DNA of 8,108 nucleotides from a virus (Duplodnaviria; Heunggongvirae; Uroviricota; Caudoviricetes): IMG/VR virus record IMGVR_UViG_2690316086_000017; one strand, 5' to 3'. Shown piece by piece: positions 5,614 to 8,108 of this stretch (position 1 is its first letter; each line of letters starts with the position of its first letter). The notes under the pieces were generated by a model. It saw only the letters and a program-made list of their open reading frames with translations, ran no database searches and was not told where the DNA came from. The position numbers and the translations under genes were made by a program.

Positions 5614-5784
5614 TCAACACCATTAGAAAAACGTTCGCCTCCATACCAAATGCGATTACCGGAAGACTTCAGAGCGCAGCTAGAAGAAGCAGCTAAGGCC
5701 GATGGCGACACATCTTTAGCCACTTGGATTAAACGCGTTCTCCGCAAAGAATTACAGCAACGCGGCATAGAACCCAAAGGATAA
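5611..5784 (+). CDS. Arc/MetJ-type ribbon-helix-helix DNA-binding protein, 57 aa, putative repressor
   Basis: My translation is MSTPLEKRSPPYQMRLPEDFRAQLEEAAKADGDTSLATWIKRVLRKELQQRGIEPKG; beta-strand then two helices, matching the Arc-like pattern. Stop at 5782-5784. Not in the ORF track (under 60 aa). Confidence 0.7.
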   Translation: MSTPLEKRSPPYQMRLPEDFRAQLEEAAKADGDTSLATWIKRVLRKELQQRGIEPKG

Positions 5785-5841
5785 AAACTATCAGCGCCGT
5801 GGTGTGAGGTATTACGGCGCATTGCTATGCAGGACAACACA

Positions 5842-6015
5842 ATGACCGATAAAGAATTGACCAAAACATTATCACCGGCACGGAAAAGACGGCGCAGAAA
5901 GATAGAGCATGAATCAGAAAGATTCGCGCCATGTGCTTTTGCCCTTGAGCAATTCCTTAAAGAGTACAGGGAAAAGCGCTCATTGCAGGTATGGCAACGA
6001 ACTGAACCAGACTGA
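5842..6015 (+). CDS. hypothetical basic small protein, 57 aa
   Basis: ATG at 5842 with AGGA about 9 nt upstream (the track's 5827 start lacks an RBS). Contains an RKRRRRK basic patch. Lies between the Arc-like gene and a plus-strand terminator. Weak call. Confidence 0.3.
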   Translation: MTDKELTKTLSPARKRRRRKIEHESERFAPCAFALEQFLKEYREKRSLQVWQRTEPD

Positions 6016-6110
6016 TTGCATTGCCCACCAGCCTGATAGCGGCTATCATCCCCGTGCTTATGTTTGGGATCACATACACATAAGGCGCAGCGGGTTAATT
6101 GTTCAGAAAG

Positions 6111-6137
6111 GCGGCTCCATATCGGGGCCGCTTTTTT
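6111..6137 (+). terminator. rho-independent terminator (plus strand)
   Basis: GCGGCTCC-ATATC-GGGGCCGC (8-bp stem with one G-U wobble) followed by TTTTTT at 6132-6137. Sits between the converging plus-strand operon and alpA. Confidence 0.6.
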
Positions 6138-6163
6138 CGTGTTTGTCATATCTGTGATACCCG

Positions 6164-6370
6164 TTAAGCAGCCGTTCCGCGTGCTTCCTCTTCGCGTTCT
6201 TTCTGCCAGGACAACACATCATCCTCATACCATCCGCGACGGCGTAAACCAACGCGAAAACCCTGCGGAAATTCTCCGGCGTTGATCATGCTTTGCAGCG
6301 TGCTGTCTGCCTTGATGTGGATAATTTTTTTTACTTCCTGGCGAAAGATAATTTTTCTGATTGCTTCCAT
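6164..6370 (-). CDS. alpA: AlpA-family transcriptional regulator / excisionase-like protein, 68 aa
   Basis: IIFRQEVKKIIHIKADSTLQSMINAGEFPQGFRVGLRRRGWYEDDVLSWQ matches the AlpA pattern (S..Y..I..G.FP....LG.R...W...EV..W). ATG at 6370. Located next to the integrase, as in CP4-57-type islands. Confidence 0.8.
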   Translation of the reverse strand: MEAIRKIIFRQEVKKIIHIKADSTLQSMINAGEFPQGFRVGLRRRGWYEDDVLSWQKEREEEARGTAA

Positions 6371-6503
6371 CGTGATTTACCTTGTGAATCCGGTGTATTC
6401 CGGTGACAAATACGGTAAATCATCGGATATGGGTAAAAACAGTTCCCACCGTTTTTAAACGGTATACACCGTTTTTTATATTGATGATTTGAAATGGAAT
6501 TAT

Positions 6504-6526
6504 AAAAAAAGCGGCATTTCTGCCGC
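6504..6526 (-). terminator. rho-independent terminator (minus strand)
   Basis: Minus-strand RNA GCGGCA-GAAA-UGCCGC followed by seven U (plus A-run 6504-6510), 12 bp after the stop of ORF 6538-6789. Confidence 0.6.
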
Positions 6527-6537
6527 TTCCAGGATTG

Positions 6538-6789
6538 TTACCGCCATTTTTTGGGCCTGCCTCCGATCTTCATAGATGCCGGACGTACGACCTTATCAAT
6601 ACTTACCGCCAGATTTCTGGAAGCGCCACGGGATACCAGAAAATCTACTACCTGTTTTTTTGATGGGGCCGTCGTTCTGTCCTCCGGATCGTAGGTTGAC
6701 CAAAATTCATGCTGAACCATCAGGGCCAGTTGCAGCCCGTCGCAATTGCATCTGATATTTTTTTGCATCTTAACGGTTTCATGTTTCAC
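6538..6789 (-). CDS. hypothetical small protein, 83 aa, with basic GGRPKKWR C-terminus
   Basis: ORF from the track between int and alpA. The 6789 start is GTG; the first in-frame ATG is at 6768; neither has a clear RBS. A possible HTH (KKQVVDFLVSRGASRNLAVSIDKV) is my reading only. Confidence 0.4.
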   Translation of the reverse strand: MKHETVKMQKNIRCNCDGLQLALMVQHEFWSTYDPEDRTTAPSKKQVVDFLVSRGASRNLAVSIDKVVRPASMKIGGRPKKWR

Positions 6790-6866
6790 GGCCTTGTCGT
6801 TAAATTTGATGCAATTATACGACGGTTTTACATGGTTTTCGTAGTTTTTACTGGTTTTCTGTACAG

Positions 6867-8108
6867 CTACACGGCTCGGATACCCCTTTTACCACTGGCG
6901 AGGGTTACGCCCGTCGCCGCAGCCTCGACAAATTCGCCCCACCAGCGCATCAGCACGATGCGTTTTTCTATGTAGTTGCTCCGGTTGTATGCCCGTCTAA
7001 CTTCGTTGGTGTCGACGTGGGCAAGTGCCGCCTCTATTACGTCCGGCTCGAATCCTTCCTCGTTCGCTGCTGTGCTGAATATGGCGCGTAATCCATGAGA
7101 CACCAGCACGCCAGCGAATCCCATACGCCGCAATGCTGCGTTAGCTGTCTGGCTGTTCATCGGCTGCTGTGGGTCTTTCAGACTTGGGAAAACGTAATTG
7201 CGGTGGTGGCTGATTGGTTTCATGGCCTCCAGCACCGCCATAGCCTGACCGGAAAGCGGGATAACGTGATCCCTGCGCATCTTCATGCGTCCGGCAGGTA
7301 TCGTCCATTGCTTCGCGTCCAGGTTGATTTCATCCCACCGCGTTGATGACGCTTCGGCGGGACGGGTTACGGTCAGTAACTGCCATTCAATCAGTAATCT
7401 GGTCTGCCGTTCTGTTGCCGATACTGATAAAGCCTGCATAAGCTCGGGCAGCTGTTCGGGGCGGATTGTTGGCATATGTTTTTTTACAGGTGAGGGAAAC
7501 GCCTTACGCACATTCATAGCCGGATTGGCATCAATCAGCCCACTGTTGGCGGCGTAATCCATTACCTCATTAACGCGCTGTAAAACCCGCTTGAGTGTTT
7601 CCAGGTTGCCGCGCTCCTTGATGGGGGTAAGCACTTCAACGAACCTTCGGGCGGTGAGGGTATCTATTGGCGTGTTGCCGATGAACGGGAATACATATTT
7701 ATCCAGCGAACGCCAGATGTCTTTAATCGTGTTGGGGGCCAGATTCTGGCTGATTTTCACTTGGTACCATGCCGCCGCCACATTTTCGAACGTGTTCCCT
7801 TGTCTTCGGGCCTCTGTCTCTCTTTTTTGCCTCTCGTGGTCCTGCGGGTCAGTTCCGGCACTGATTAACGTCCTGTACTCGCTACGGCGTTTTCTGGCAT
7901 CAGCCAGGGAAACATCTTCAAGCGATCCAAAACTCAGCAATATTCTTTTTTTGTCCGATGGTCGGTAGTAGGAAAATCTCCAGAGTTTTGATCCAGACGG
8001 TTTGACCAGGAGAAAAAGCCCTCCGCCGTCCTGCAGGGTGTACTCCTTTTGCGCTGGTCTGGCTGCTTTGATCTGCACTGTGGTTAATGGGTGTGTTTTT
8101 CTCGCCAT
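6867..8108 (-). CDS. int: P4-type tyrosine integrase (site-specific recombinase), 413 aa
   Basis: N-terminus KEYTLQDGGGLFLLVKPSGSKLWRFSYY is the classic P4/CP4-57 integrase arm-binding signature. C-terminal catalytic region has HGLR and the tyrosine-containing RRAYNRSNY. ATG is the last three bases of the window (8106-8108). Confidence 0.9.
   Translation of the reverse strand: MARKTHPLTTVQIKAARPAQKEYTLQDGGGLFLLVKPSGSKLWRFSYYRPSDKKRILLSFGSLEDVSLADARKRRSEYRTLISAGTDPQDHERQKRETEARRQGNTFENVAAAWYQVKISQNLAPNTIKDIWRSLDKYVFPFIGNTPIDTLTARRFVEVLTPIKERGNLETLKRVLQRVNEVMDYAANSGLIDANPAMNVRKAFPSPVKKHMPTIRPEQLPELMQALSVSATERQTRLLIEWQLLTVTRPAEASSTRWDEINLDAKQWTIPAGRMKMRRDHVIPLSGQAMAVLEAMKPISHHRNYVFPSLKDPQQPMNSQTANAALRRMGFAGVLVSHGLRAIFSTAANEEGFEPDVIEAALAHVDTNEVRRAYNRSNYIEKRIVLMRWWGEFVEAAATGVTLASGKRGIRAV

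Larger units (their letters stand above)
1..8108 (-). mobile_element. internal portion of an integrated phage satellite / PICI-like (P4-related) island
   Basis: Gene order int, alpA, repressor switch, Icd-like leader, rep with iteron origin, terS and capsid, all in one orientation. No attachment site or tRNA is present in the window. Confidence 0.7.

Noticed and set aside
5611-6015. Arc-like gene plus downstream 57-aa ORF as a toxin-antitoxin pair
   Set aside because: The RHH gene has operator palindromes over its own promoter and sits at a divergent switch, which fits a repressor better. The downstream ORF is weakly supported and has no recognisable toxin fold.
4920-6149. 409-aa minus-strand ORF from the track
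   Set aside because: Runs through the divergent promoter and operators, antisense to the Arc-like gene, and contains an intrinsic terminator. Only the 3' portion (Icd-like, 4920-5111) is plausibly coding.
5909-6285. Plus-strand ORFs 5909-6157 and 6064-6285
   Set aside because: The first contains the plus-strand terminator hairpin; the second is antisense to alpA. Both are likely spurious.
6709-7968. Plus-strand ORFs 6709-6975, 7095-7346, 7285-7557 and 7591-7968
   Set aside because: Antisense to the integrase gene; shadow ORFs.
7900-8108. Attachment site or tRNA target adjacent to int
   Set aside because: P4-type integrases usually insert at tRNA or tmRNA 3' ends, but the window ends at the int start codon, so no att or tRNA sequence can be assessed.

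Overview
This 8.1-kb window reads as one slice of an integrated phage-satellite-like island (PICI / P4-like), transcribed almost entirely on the minus strand. All calls are by eye from the sequence and the ORF track; no searches or alignments were run. From the right edge leftwards: a complete P4-type tyrosine integrase (6867-8108), a small ORF, an AlpA-like regulator, a plus-strand Arc-like ribbon-helix-helix gene with paired palindromic operators, a structured leader ending in an Icd-like small ORF, four tightly coupled small ORFs, a RepA/AAA_25-type replication ATPase followed by an iteron array (candidate origin), and a packaging/capsid module (two small ORFs, terminase small subunit, a tiny overlapping ORF, and an HK97-fold major-capsid-like gene ending at position 1). 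The most interesting points are that the satellite appears to carry its own terS and capsid gene (capsid-forming-PICI-like), the iteron origin, an intrinsic terminator inside the leader of the early operon (possible P4-type termination-based immunity), a G9 tract that splits or fuses two small ORFs, and helically phased GTAAC repeats in and upstream of terS (candidate pac site). No rRNA, tRNA or CRISPR was seen; the attachment site is presumably outside the window.
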